Positions 51,319 to 61,092 of a DNA stretch of 64,000 nt are shown here, in pieces. This DNA is from Promethearchaeota archaeon. Lineage in GTDB: Archaea > Asgardarchaeota > Lokiarchaeia > Sigyniarchaeales > SOKP01. Position 1 is the first letter of the stretch. Every line of letters starts with the position of its first letter. The notes under the pieces are model-generated. The model saw only the letters and a program-made list of their open reading frames with translations, was not told the origin of the DNA and ran no database searches. The DNA lies in the NCBI GenBank assembly GCA_018238625.1, contig JABCSY010000002.1:28097-92096 (forward strand), read 5' to 3'. A program made the translations under genes and the position numbers.

Positions 51319-52695
51319 ATGGCATTTAAGAAACTAGGGAAAGATCTCGAGAACATAATGCGAAAATTACGAGGTTTACCAAAGATAGATAAAGATGTAA
51401 TTAACGCAATCGTTCAAGATTTGCAAAGAGCACTACTAAGTGCTGATGTTAAAGTTGAATTAGTTTTCCAGATGACTGAAAACATTAAAAAAGAGGCAAT
51501 GAACACTGATCTTAAAAGAGCAAGAAGAAAAGATTTCATAATCAAACTTGTTCATGACGAATTGGTAAAAACTATCGGAGGGAAATCTGCTCCCATTAGA
51601 ATAAAGTTAGGGAAAAGTAATGTGATTTTGCTTGTCGGAATTCAGGGATCAGGTAAAACTACTACTGTTGGTAAGTTAGCACGATTTTATAACAATAAAG
51701 GGTATAAAGTAGCTACTGTCACAACGGATACATGGCGTCCAGGGGCTTACGAACAACTTGTTCAACTAACAAATCAAATAGGGGTGAAATGCTATGGAAA
51801 TCCTAACGAAAAAAATGCAATTAAACTTGCCATAAGAGAAACTAAAAAAGCGATAAATGATGGACACAACATTGTTATCGTGGATACTGCTGGACGCCAC
51901 AAGGAAGAGAAAGAATTAATGAAAGAGATGGAAAAGATTGAGAGCAACTTAAAACCTAACGAAGTAATCCTCGTAATTGACGGAAGTATAGGCCAACAAG
52001 CTTATTCGCAAGCAGAAGAATTCGCAAAATCCACAAATATTGGTAGTATAATCGTAACTAAATTAGATGGAACCGCAAAAGGGGGTGGTGCTCTTTCTGC
52101 TTGTGCTGCGACTAAACAATCCATAAGATTTATTGGTGTTGGGGAAAAACTGGATGATTTTGAAGAATTCAATTCAAGTACTTTTGTAGGTACTTTATTA
52201 GGTATACCAGATATAGAAGGTTTAGTAAAAAAAGTTGAGGAAGCTGAAATTGATGTGGATCCAGATATGGTTAAAAGAATGATGAAGGGTAAGTTCACAT
52301 TGGATGATCTTTACCTACAATTAAAAAGTATTAAAAAAGTAGGTAAGATGAAAAATATTTTAGCTATGGTTGGAGGAGGAAATATTCCTGACGCTTTAAC
52401 TGATGATGCTGAGAAGAATTTAGAAAAATGGCGCGTGGTTTTAGATTCTATGACTTCGGAAGAAAAGTTCGACCCTAAAATTATCAAAAAAACCAGAAAA
52501 AGAAGAATTGCTCTTGGAAGCGGTACAGATTATGCTACAATAAATCGAATGCTCGATCAATATAACCAAATGAAAAAGTTCTTCAAAAAAGCCTTACAGA
52601 TGCAAAAGAAAGGTAAAGGAATGCCTGGTATGCCGGGAATGGGAAAGCAAGGAGCACAATTTATGAATAAGTTAGGAAAGGATTTTAAAATTTAA
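51319..52695 (+). CDS. srp54: Signal recognition particle protein SRP54
   Basis: GIQGSGKTT, DTAGR, TKLDG.AKGGG, M domain RIA.GSG. Confidence 0.96.
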   Translation: MAFKKLGKDLENIMRKLRGLPKIDKDVINAIVQDLQRALLSADVKVELVFQMTENIKKEAMNTDLKRARRKDFIIKLVHDELVKTIGGKSAPIRIKLGKSNVILLVGIQGSGKTTTVGKLARFYNNKGYKVATVTTDTWRPGAYEQLVQLTNQIGVKCYGNPNEKNAIKLAIRETKKAINDGHNIVIVDTAGRHKEEKELMKEMEKIESNLKPNEVILVIDGSIGQQAYSQAEEFAKSTNIGSIIVTKLDGTAKGGGALSACAATKQSIRFIGVGEKLDDFEEFNSSTFVGTLLGIPDIEGLVKKVEEAEIDVDPDMVKRMMKGKFTLDDLYLQLKSIKKVGKMKNILAMVGGGNIPDALTDDAEKNLEKWRVVLDSMTSEEKFDPKIIKKTRKRRIALGSGTDYATINRMLDQYNQMKKFFKKALQMQKKGKGMPGMPGMGKQGAQFMNKLGKDFKI

Positions 52696-52708
52696 ATACA
52701 ATTAAAAT

Positions 52709-53374
52709 TTGATAAACTTGGTTAATTTTCTAATATTTATAGAGAAATTCCCTAAATATTCTAAACGCGATATAGATGTAGGAAAAACTCCCATCTATGT
52801 GTATAATTTATGTTCTATAATACGGGAATCTTTTTGTTTATCTTATTCAATCAGAAAAAATAATAACTTGTATCTATATTTTGAATCGGTTCAACTTCTG
52901 ATAAAGTTTGTCGGTAAAAAGTTGAGATTTCTAGGTTCTGATGAGAGGTCTCAAGCATTGCTTCTAAAAAGAGCATTAGATAAAATAAATGGGGATAAAA
53001 AAGTAAAAACTCAAGAATGGGAAAAATCGACTCCAGGTATTTTTGTGAAGAGATTACCAAATTCTAACTCTATTTTAGAAAATATTGATAACATTCTTCG
53101 TAACAAAATAGTATATATTGCCGAATTTGAAAACAAGGATCTTTATTCTGATGTAACCAGTTTAAATGATTCAGACGATATGAGCGAATATTGTTATATT
53201 CTTCCTTATCCTCAGAATTCACAGAGTTCATTGAGATTTTTACAAGTAATTAAAGAAAACTACAGTTTAAAATACATTAATCTTTCAAACATTAAAGGGA
53301 TTGAAAATAAAATCTTAATTATTAATTTTCGAATTGACCAAAGTACGGATGTTAATAAAGAAATAGAAAAATGA
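52709..53374 (+). CDS. TrmY-like SPOUT-fold protein (divergent)
   Basis: F.LS.SIR.N, G..LR.L..DERS.A.L..AL, STPGI; C-terminal SAM knot looks degenerate. Confidence 0.55.
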   Translation: MINLVNFLIFIEKFPKYSKRDIDVGKTPIYVYNLCSIIRESFCLSYSIRKNNNLYLYFESVQLLIKFVGKKLRFLGSDERSQALLLKRALDKINGDKKVKTQEWEKSTPGIFVKRLPNSNSILENIDNILRNKIVYIAEFENKDLYSDVTSLNDSDDMSEYCYILPYPQNSQSSLRFLQVIKENYSLKYINLSNIKGIENKILIINFRIDQSTDVNKEIEK

Positions 53375-54759
53375 TTTTAAAAAATGCACTCATATATATT
53401 GATGGTTCGCTTCGGAAGGGAGCTCTATTAATTCATAATGGAACGATTAAATCAGTTGTAAATGAAAAATCGAAGGAAGATTTAAAGATTATTCGAAGCC
53501 ATAATGAAGATGAAATAGAGATAGATTGCGAAAAGAGAATGGTTTTACCAGGCATTATTGACATTCATTCTCACTTAAGAGATATGGGGCAGAGCGAAAA
53601 AGAGACTTTTTTAACAGGAACATTAGCAGCAGCTTTTTCGGGAATTACGACAGTATTTAATATGCCGAATACAATACCTCCTGCTATAAATTCTTATCAA
53701 GTTAAAAAATGGATGGAAAAAGCACAAAATAACATTTATGTGAATGTGGGGTTTATTGCTGGAGTTCCAAGAGATTTTAATTTCAACGAAATTATTTCGA
53801 TTATTGATTTAGGCGTTATTGGATTCAAAATTTATCCGTTAGGCTCATTAAATGAGATCGATTGGATTAATTACTTAAATGTTCAAAAGATTCTTAATAT
53901 TTCATCTAATTTGCAAATTCCTATATTTATACATCCAGATTGGCCTCTTTCTTTTGATAAAAAGGATGATATTTACGAGAATTACACGCTGGAACAATTT
54001 CCAACCTTAGAATTGCATAATAATCTTTACCCCGTTTCTATGGAAGCTAAATATGTGAATTTTGTTCTGGAAAATTATTATAAGATTATTGTCGATTTAG
54101 ATTTAAGCCCGAAAGATTATCCAATAGTCCATTTCTGTCATATAAGTTGCAAGAATAGCTATTCTCTAATACGGAAAGCTTTAGATATGAATAATAAATT
54201 AAAAATATCTTTCGAAATAACACCACATCATTTATTTTTAAATAATAAAATAAAAATAAGCAATCCAAATTATGGTAAAGTCTTACCTCCTTTAAGAGAT
54301 GAAGAACATTCCGTATATTTATTTAATGAACTGAAAGGAGGACATATAAGCCTTATAGGTTCAGATCATGCACCGCACACATTGGAGGAAAAAGGTCGAG
54401 GATATCTCGATTCACCTTCAGGATTTCCCGGATTTGAAACCTATCCGTTAACTCTATTAAACAAAGTTTTTAAAGATGAACTCTCTCTCGAAAAATTTGT
54501 TAAAATTACTTCAGAAAACCCAGCAAAGATCTTTAACTTAAAGAATAAAGGATTTATCAAAGAGGGATACGATGCCGATTTAATTATAGTTGATGAGGTT
54601 CCAGAATACCCTATTAAATCAAAGAAATTTAAAACAAAAGCGAAATTTTCCCCCTACGAAGAATACAAAACCACGGTTCAGATTTGGAAAGTTCTTCTAA
54701 GAGGGAATGAGGTTAATATCGAGAAATCTGAACCGAATGGTAAAATCATTAGAATGTAA
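53371..54759 (+). CDS. pyrC: Dihydroorotase family amidohydrolase
   Basis: PG.ID.HSHLR, MPNT.P, E.TPHHL, PPLR, SDHAPH. Confidence 0.85.
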   Translation: MILKNALIYIDGSLRKGALLIHNGTIKSVVNEKSKEDLKIIRSHNEDEIEIDCEKRMVLPGIIDIHSHLRDMGQSEKETFLTGTLAAAFSGITTVFNMPNTIPPAINSYQVKKWMEKAQNNIYVNVGFIAGVPRDFNFNEIISIIDLGVIGFKIYPLGSLNEIDWINYLNVQKILNISSNLQIPIFIHPDWPLSFDKKDDIYENYTLEQFPTLELHNNLYPVSMEAKYVNFVLENYYKIIVDLDLSPKDYPIVHFCHISCKNSYSLIRKALDMNNKLKISFEITPHHLFLNNKIKISNPNYGKVLPPLRDEEHSVYLFNELKGGHISLIGSDHAPHTLEEKGRGYLDSPSGFPGFETYPLTLLNKVFKDELSLEKFVKITSENPAKIFNLKNKGFIKEGYDADLIIVDEVPEYPIKSKKFKTKAKFSPYEEYKTTVQIWKVLLRGNEVNIEKSEPNGKIIRM

Positions 54760-54818
54760 AATATAAATGTATGAAGAATATAACTATATATTAATAATTC
54801 TGTCTTGAGGTAGAAATT

Positions 54819-55457
54819 ATGACTGATGAGAACTCTTTTACTTTGGAAGATGGCATATTATTAATAAGATTTGCTCGAGAAAATATTGAATTTTTTCTCA
54901 GAAACGATCGAAGGATATCCATTCCAGATGACATTAAAAGTAAATTTACAGAGAATTATGGTGCATTTATCACTTTAAATAAAGTAAATGCGCCAAGCAA
55001 CTCTTTACGAGGCTGTATAGGATATATTGAACCAAGTTTTCCTTTATATGATGTAATTCATAGAGTTTCAATTAGTTCAGCAATTGAGGACCCGCGTTTT
55101 CCATCTGTTTCACTCGAGGAAATGAACGAAATTGTTATTGAGCTTTCTATATTAACACCTCCTAAATTAATCAATGTAAATCGTCCAAAGGAATACCTTG
55201 ATAAAATTGTTATCGGGAGAGATGGACTTATAGCTGAAAAAGGTATGAGAAGAGGATTGCTTCTTCCTCAAGTACCAATTGATCATGGGAGAAAATGGGA
55301 TGTAAAAACATTCTTAAGTCATACTTGCGTCAAAGCAGGGCTCTCAAATGACGCTTGGAAAGAAAATGAAACGAAAATCTTTTCTTTTCAAGCTATTCTG
55401 TTCGAAGAAAAAGAACCAAGGGGAGAAATTATTAGGAAGTATCTCTCTTCACACTAA
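54819..55457 (+). CDS. AMMECR1/AmmeMemoRadiSam protein A
   Basis: GAFITL, LRGCIG, DPRF, GRDGL, GLLLPQV, C.KAG. Confidence 0.93.
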   Translation: MTDENSFTLEDGILLIRFARENIEFFLRNDRRISIPDDIKSKFTENYGAFITLNKVNAPSNSLRGCIGYIEPSFPLYDVIHRVSISSAIEDPRFPSVSLEEMNEIVIELSILTPPKLINVNRPKEYLDKIVIGRDGLIAEKGMRRGLLLPQVPIDHGRKWDVKTFLSHTCVKAGLSNDAWKENETKIFSFQAILFEEKEPRGEIIRKYLSSH

Positions 55458-55473
55458 AATTGTCTTAAAAATA

Positions 55474-55948
55474 ATGAATGTTGTGGACAAAAACGAAAAT
55501 AAGATAATAGCAATTGACATTTCATCTAATTCTGTAAAGATTGGATTAGTTTCAGAACATTTAAAATTAGAATTAATCGAATCTCAAAATATTAATATAA
55601 TCAACGAAGATCTCGAAGTTATCGCTACCCCCAGCAATGGAAGAGTTTGTTCCCTATTTAGGGGGTGAGGTTGTGTGTGCAGAATATGGTGAGGCGGGAA
55701 GCGGAAAATTAGCAGATAATGTAAAAAAGAGTTTAGAAGAGAGAAATGCAGTAATACTCGCAAATCACGGAAGCTTGTATTGTGGAAGTCATTTAGAAGG
55801 AGCTTATATTGTTTTGCAATACTTAGAAAGAGGATCTAGAATTTATTATCTTGCTAAACTAATCAAAGAGCCATACCTTTTACCAGAAGACGTAATTGAC
55901 TACGAAATGGACATCTTTGATCTTTTCAAAGATTCGAAAAAAAATTAA
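55474..55948 (+). pseudogene. Fused remnants: FGGY kinase N-terminus joined out of frame to a class II aldolase C-terminus
   Basis: IIAIDISSNSVKIG, then a frame change near 55612 to LPPAMEEFVPYLGG..LANHG; aldolase HxH half is missing. Confidence 0.65.
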
Positions 55949-56122
55949 TTGCCTATAATCCTTTCTTAAATTCGTTTTTTTGTATTTTTTAGTACTTTAT
56001 TTTATAAAAAAAATTTATTAACTTTATTAATCTAAAACTCATAATTAAAAATATATCATTTGATGTTACTTTAAGAGAAAAATTGTAAAATTACAGGGCT
56101 AGAGGGAAGTAAGAAATTCAAT

Positions 56123-58204
56123 ATGACTAAAATCCGTGGTGTTATTGTCCCATCACTCACATTTTTTAATAAAGATTTAGAGGTTAATACTGAACTTCAT
56201 TCATTACTAACTCGTCATCTACTCGTGAACGGAGCGGATTCAATTTATTTATTTGGGCCAAAGGGTGCTGGGTTTTATTTTTCAGATAAAATAGAAGAAA
56301 AAATTAGATTGATAAATTTAACACTAGAAGTCACTGGAAAAAAAACTCCGTTAATGGTAGGAATATTTGGAAATAATAAGGATCGAATAATCGACCAACT
56401 AGATGAGTTAGGAAAAAAGTTTAGTACCCTTAATTTTATAATAGCACCACCTTATTTAGAAAAAATTGAAGACGTTAATTCCTATTTAGAATACATTTTT
56501 GGAGCTGTTAACATAAACAACCATATTTATATCCATAATAATCGTGAGGAATTTGCTGGAAATGAAATTAACCCGTCTATTATTAAGGAATTGATTGGGT
56601 ATGATAATTTTTCTGGATTTATTGACTCTTGTGATAACATAAATTATTGCAAATCATATATTAAACTAATTGATGAAGATTTTTCATTATTGTGTGAGAA
56701 CGAGGAAACTTTTCAGAAATTCCTTCAATTAGTTCCTTTAGACCTAAGAAAATATGTTGGAATTGTTCCTTGTGTCAGCAATTTAGTTAATCTAAGTTCA
56801 AAGTTATATTTTTGTGCAATTGAGGAAAAGATTTTAGAATTACACCAACTTCAAGAACAAATAAATGATATTAGAAATAAATTGTATGATATTAAAGCTC
56901 AAGATGGAAAAGAGCAACGAGGTTTAAAATACGCGTTTTTGTATTTATATAAAAACTTTTCATCAAATTCAATAGAAGATTTAAATATTTTGAGTCCATA
57001 TTTAGAAGGGACCCTCGATGAAATCACAAAAGAAAGAATAGAAGCATATGTGAACTATCTAATAAATCAAAAACGTATTTATCGATTATTTTCCTTAGGG
57101 AAAGATAATATATATCAATTAGATGATATGATAAACATATTTTCTAATGTAGAAGTCCTCCTTTCTCAAGGTAACATAAAGAAGGTTATTGGTCCTTTCG
57201 ATGCTGATATTAACACAATCTACAGGGTAAATTTTGAAAAGAATCAGTTAATCTTCAAATTTCGGACTTTAAAATCTTTTCAATATGAAAATATTGTAAA
57301 AGAAAAACTTCTATTTCCTTTCCTAGATGGGTCGTTAAATTCCAATTCTTCTGATCTTAGAGAAAAAATAAAAAAAATCGTTTCGATCAAGAAAGGAAAC
57401 TACCAATTTAGTAGCGATAAGACCCCTATTATACCAGTAGCAAATTTAGTTTATTTTGATGAAACTAAAGAAGTTATTCCATATATTTTTACTATCCAAG
57501 AATATTTCCACGGTAAGTCTTTAAAAGATTTGTTTAATCAATACACAATAGAGGATTTAAGCTTTTCCAAATCTAAATTCTTAACTTTGTTTGATAATTT
57601 AGGAGAACTTTTAGGGAAATTGCACACAATATCTTTTGATTCATTTCAAGAGCATATTTATAATATAGGTAAAAAATCAGAAATTAATTGGTTAGAACTT
57701 ATTAATTTAGAATTTGAAATGGAGAGCCAAGAAGCAAGAAGAAAAAAACTTGGTTATGATAATGAAATAAAGACATTTTTAAAGGACAATATATCTTTAT
57801 TAGAAGAAGAAAACGAACCAGTTGTACTACACAACGATTTTCAATGGACAAATCTAATAGTAAAAGATTCCCCCACCAAAATTCAGATAAATGGGATTAT
57901 AGATTTTGATGATTGGCGAGTTGGTGTTAGGGCACAAGACTTTGTAAAAATGGAATTTTTTACATTAAAACCAATAAATAATGTTGATATTAGAGAATCT
58001 TTTTATTACGGTTACAGGAAAAACTGTAATATTGGGCAAGATTTTTTCAAAAAACTTGATATTTACTCATTATTATGGTTTTTAAAGAATTACAATTCAT
58101 TATATGGAAATTTGGCCAATTTAGAAGGATCTAATTCAATTAATGAAAGAGACAAAATACTGAATTCATATGTTAAAGAAATAGAAAGAATTATTAATTC
58201 CTAA
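56123..58204 (+). CDS. DHDPS/NAL-like domain fused to an APH-type phosphotransferase
   Basis: N-terminal GVIVPSLTFF TIM-barrel start; C-terminal LHNDF..TN and IIDFD kinase motifs. Confidence 0.8.
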   Translation: MTKIRGVIVPSLTFFNKDLEVNTELHSLLTRHLLVNGADSIYLFGPKGAGFYFSDKIEEKIRLINLTLEVTGKKTPLMVGIFGNNKDRIIDQLDELGKKFSTLNFIIAPPYLEKIEDVNSYLEYIFGAVNINNHIYIHNNREEFAGNEINPSIIKELIGYDNFSGFIDSCDNINYCKSYIKLIDEDFSLLCENEETFQKFLQLVPLDLRKYVGIVPCVSNLVNLSSKLYFCAIEEKILELHQLQEQINDIRNKLYDIKAQDGKEQRGLKYAFLYLYKNFSSNSIEDLNILSPYLEGTLDEITKERIEAYVNYLINQKRIYRLFSLGKDNIYQLDDMINIFSNVEVLLSQGNIKKVIGPFDADINTIYRVNFEKNQLIFKFRTLKSFQYENIVKEKLLFPFLDGSLNSNSSDLREKIKKIVSIKKGNYQFSSDKTPIIPVANLVYFDETKEVIPYIFTIQEYFHGKSLKDLFNQYTIEDLSFSKSKFLTLFDNLGELLGKLHTISFDSFQEHIYNIGKKSEINWLELINLEFEMESQEARRKKLGYDNEIKTFLKDNISLLEEENEPVVLHNDFQWTNLIVKDSPTKIQINGIIDFDDWRVGVRAQDFVKMEFFTLKPINNVDIRESFYYGYRKNCNIGQDFFKKLDIYSLLWFLKNYNSLYGNLANLEGSNSINERDKILNSYVKEIERIINS

Positions 58205-58206
58205 AC

Positions 58207-58560
58207 CTATTCATAGAGAACACATGCCAATAAAGTAAATTTCCAAGGTACTTTCTCACTACTGTAAACCAGTAATTTAACTTCCTCAGAAGGTTCGATT
58301 CCTGAATGGTCACTAAATACTTTCCAGGCAATTTTACCAATAGCGTCATGATCTTCCAGAATTGTTTCAAAATTTTGTTTAATTCCTGCCCAATATATTT
58401 TTCTTGAATCTATAATTTCCTTTAGTTTTGGTAACTCAACTAAACCCTCTAGCACGAGGTTTTCAGAAACAAATGAGAAAAATTCGCTAAAATTATTTGA
58501 GACTTCATCTGGAGCTCCTAAATTTCTATCGTATAAAAACACAAGTCCAATTGATTTCAT
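58207..58560 (-). CDS. Hypothetical protein
   Basis: Intact 117-aa ORF with GGTGA upstream. Confidence 0.65.
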   Translation of the reverse strand: MKSIGLVFLYDRNLGAPDEVSNNFSEFFSFVSENLVLEGLVELPKLKEIIDSRKIYWAGIKQNFETILEDHDAIGKIAWKVFSDHSGIEPSEEVKLLVYSSEKVPWKFTLLACVLYE

Positions 58561-58722
58561 TTTTTTAAATTCACCAATTCATCGAGTTAATTATCTTTAT
58601 TATAAGTTTAGATTATATTCCATAAAAGATTAAACATATTCGTATTAAAATTATAAATTATGGAAGAATTAATAAATAGATACAATTAAACTTATTCGAT
58701 TGAGAAGCTACTATAAAATTGC

Positions 58723-59133
58723 TCACCAAAAAGCATCTTGGAATTTTTTTATCGTTTCTTCTAAGCTATCTTCGATTTCTTTTTCAAAATTTAAAAAAAC
58801 GCTTACATCATTATCCCAGTTAAGCATAATGTCTTCTGAGTATAAGTCGAAAAATTTGCTAGCAATAAATAGCATTTCTTGCATAACTTTTTTTTCTTTT
58901 ATTTTTTTCGCTGAATTTGCTATAAATAATAAACTATTTTGTTTTAATAGAGTATACCGTTTATCTTGTAATTCAAAATTAGATAATCCTTTATGAACAA
59001 GTTCTTCAGCAAACGAATTAAGGGCACTCATTAACCCACCAAAAAGTTGATCGTCCATATTTTCGTCAAATTTACGATGATAAAGAACGATTCCAGATTC
59101 GGTTAGAATCCAAATATCTTGTAATACTTTAAT
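58723..59133 (-). CDS. Longin/roadblock-like domain protein
   Basis: IWILTESGIVLYHR...D.QLFGGLMSALNSFA.E; extended to an ATT start after GTGATG. Confidence 0.65.
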   Translation of the reverse strand: MKVLQDIWILTESGIVLYHRKFDENMDDQLFGGLMSALNSFAEELVHKGLSNFELQDKRYTLLKQNSLLFIANSAKKIKEKKVMQEMLFIASKFFDLYSEDIMLNWDNDVSVFLNFEKEIEDSLEETIKKFQDAFW

Positions 59134-59207
59134 GGGTAATCATCACATTCAAATTCAAACATTGGTCTTTTTATAATATAATAAGAAAAAAAAGGTTTAA
59201 ATTTAAT

Positions 59208-59951
59208 CTATTTTTCGGTTTTTGGTCTAATGTATCCAAAGTAAGCACCTATAATGGCAAAAATAACAAAAATCCAGGCTAAAAAGTAGAATAACGAAAA
59301 TCCCGGTCCTCCTGCTAAAATTAGCACCCGATCAATTAAAAAACTTAATGGGACAAGAATAAAGAATATAGCCATTAATGCTAAAGATAAAAAGGCCGTT
59401 TTAAAAACTTTATTATCTGTATCTTTATAGGATTTAAAGGATTTAATGAAAAAGGGTATGTAAATTATTGCCATAAATACGAAAATTAACATAAAAGCAA
59501 AAACATCGTATAGCGTATTTCCTCTCTGATACACAAATAAAGCAAATCCGGCGGTAATAATCGCAAAAATCGTTACGATAATTCTCAAAACCTTATTGTA
59601 TCCTTTTCCGAAAACTTTTACTTTGAAAATGTACGAGAGATAGATACCAATAGACATGAATACAAAACTTATTCTAAAATCTATTATTCTAAGTAGAATC
59701 CACGACAATGGTGTACCCGGATCTGGAATAATTGTGTTATATACATAATCTATTCCAGAATAAAGCACAAAAACCTTCGATAACCAAGAAAAGACAATTG
59801 CAATTATGTAGCTCAGGAAAATTAAGAATAGATACAAAGTTAACTGGTGTTTCTTTTCGTAATATTTCATTAGGATTAAGACTAGAAAAATCAATGCTAC
59901 TAAGATAATAAAAGTTTCAAAGACCATCCCAATGAATTGTAAGTCAGCCAT
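59208..59951 (-). CDS. Hypothetical 7-TM membrane protein
   Basis: About seven hydrophobic helices. Confidence 0.65.
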   Translation of the reverse strand: MADLQFIGMVFETFIILVALIFLVLILMKYYEKKHQLTLYLFLIFLSYIIAIVFSWLSKVFVLYSGIDYVYNTIIPDPGTPLSWILLRIIDFRISFVFMSIGIYLSYIFKVKVFGKGYNKVLRIIVTIFAIITAGFALFVYQRGNTLYDVFAFMLIFVFMAIIYIPFFIKSFKSYKDTDNKVFKTAFLSLALMAIFFILVPLSFLIDRVLILAGGPGFSLFYFLAWIFVIFAIIGAYFGYIRPKTEK

Positions 59952-60132
59952 ATAAATTATGAAAAAGTAGAAGTATTTATATTTTAAGTTTCCAAGAGAT
60001 TGATGAAAATGATAGTTTAATTTCCATATCCTTTAAGAAATTTAACTAAAATTTAATTTCTTAATAAAATATAATAATTTAACTTTCTGTTTAAAAAGAG
60101 AGAATACATTTAGCGTAGATGGTTTAATTTTT

Positions 60133-61092
60133 ATGTCGAGCTTTAATAAAGAATTATCCTTAGCAATCAAATTGGTTAAAAAAGCCTCAAAAATTACAGA
60201 ATGGTTTAGAAAAGAAAAATTTTTATCATTTAAGAAAGAAGATGAATCGCCTGTAACTTTAGCGGATTTTGCTTCCCAAATCTTTATTATAAATAAAATA
60301 AAGGAGCTTTTTCCCGAAGACCACATTATTGCGGAAGAAGATAGTGGCGCTTTTATAAATCAAAATGTTGAAGATATTATTAAAAAGTGTTATAATTCGT
60401 TGAATCTAGTATTTGAGGATGACTTTAAAGACACTTTAAATTACCGAGGTTCTATTTCTAAACGTCAATGGACAATAGATCCCATCGATGGTACAAAAGG
60501 ATTCCAAAAACATTTAGCATACGCTATTGGGATTGGCTTTATGGTTCAAGCCGAACCAACAATATGTGCTATAGGTGTGCCTAATTATAAAAATACAAAA
60601 CTAACGATCTTTTCAGCTGAAAAAAACCATGGGGCTAAAGTATCGTATGGAGACCAAAACTTTACTAAGATAAATGTAAGTAATAAAAAAGAAATTAAGA
60701 AATTTCGAATATGTTATTCTTTACACTATAATAAACCTTGGGTGTTGAATTTTGCCCGGTCACTCGGTGTAACAAATTTTATTCCATTAGACAGCATGGC
60801 AAAGCTATGTATGGTTGCTGATGGTTCTTCTGAACTATATATTAAACCTATGAATATGCAACGCTCATTTACGTGGGATTTTTTACCAGGTGAATTGTTA
60901 GTTAAAGAAGCTGGAGGAATGATCACAGATATAAGAGGTAATCCAATTCAATATGTAAACGACAAGTGTAAGATTACTGCTCCTGGTTTAATTGCCTCAA
61001 ATGGAATTAGGCACGAGGAATTATTAAGTGCTCTAAAATCGAATGAAATTCTCAAAAATAGTTTAAACAATTTGAACTATACTTCTAAATAA
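60133..61092 (+). CDS. Inositol monophosphatase family, 3'(2'),5'-bisphosphate nucleotidase-like
   Basis: SPVTLADF, AEE, IDPIDGTKGF, DS.AK, WD, EAGG..TD. Confidence 0.88.
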   Translation: MSSFNKELSLAIKLVKKASKITEWFRKEKFLSFKKEDESPVTLADFASQIFIINKIKELFPEDHIIAEEDSGAFINQNVEDIIKKCYNSLNLVFEDDFKDTLNYRGSISKRQWTIDPIDGTKGFQKHLAYAIGIGFMVQAEPTICAIGVPNYKNTKLTIFSAEKNHGAKVSYGDQNFTKINVSNKKEIKKFRICYSLHYNKPWVLNFARSLGVTNFIPLDSMAKLCMVADGSSELYIKPMNMQRSFTWDFLPGELLVKEAGGMITDIRGNPIQYVNDKCKITAPGLIASNGIRHEELLSALKSNEILKNSLNNLNYTSK

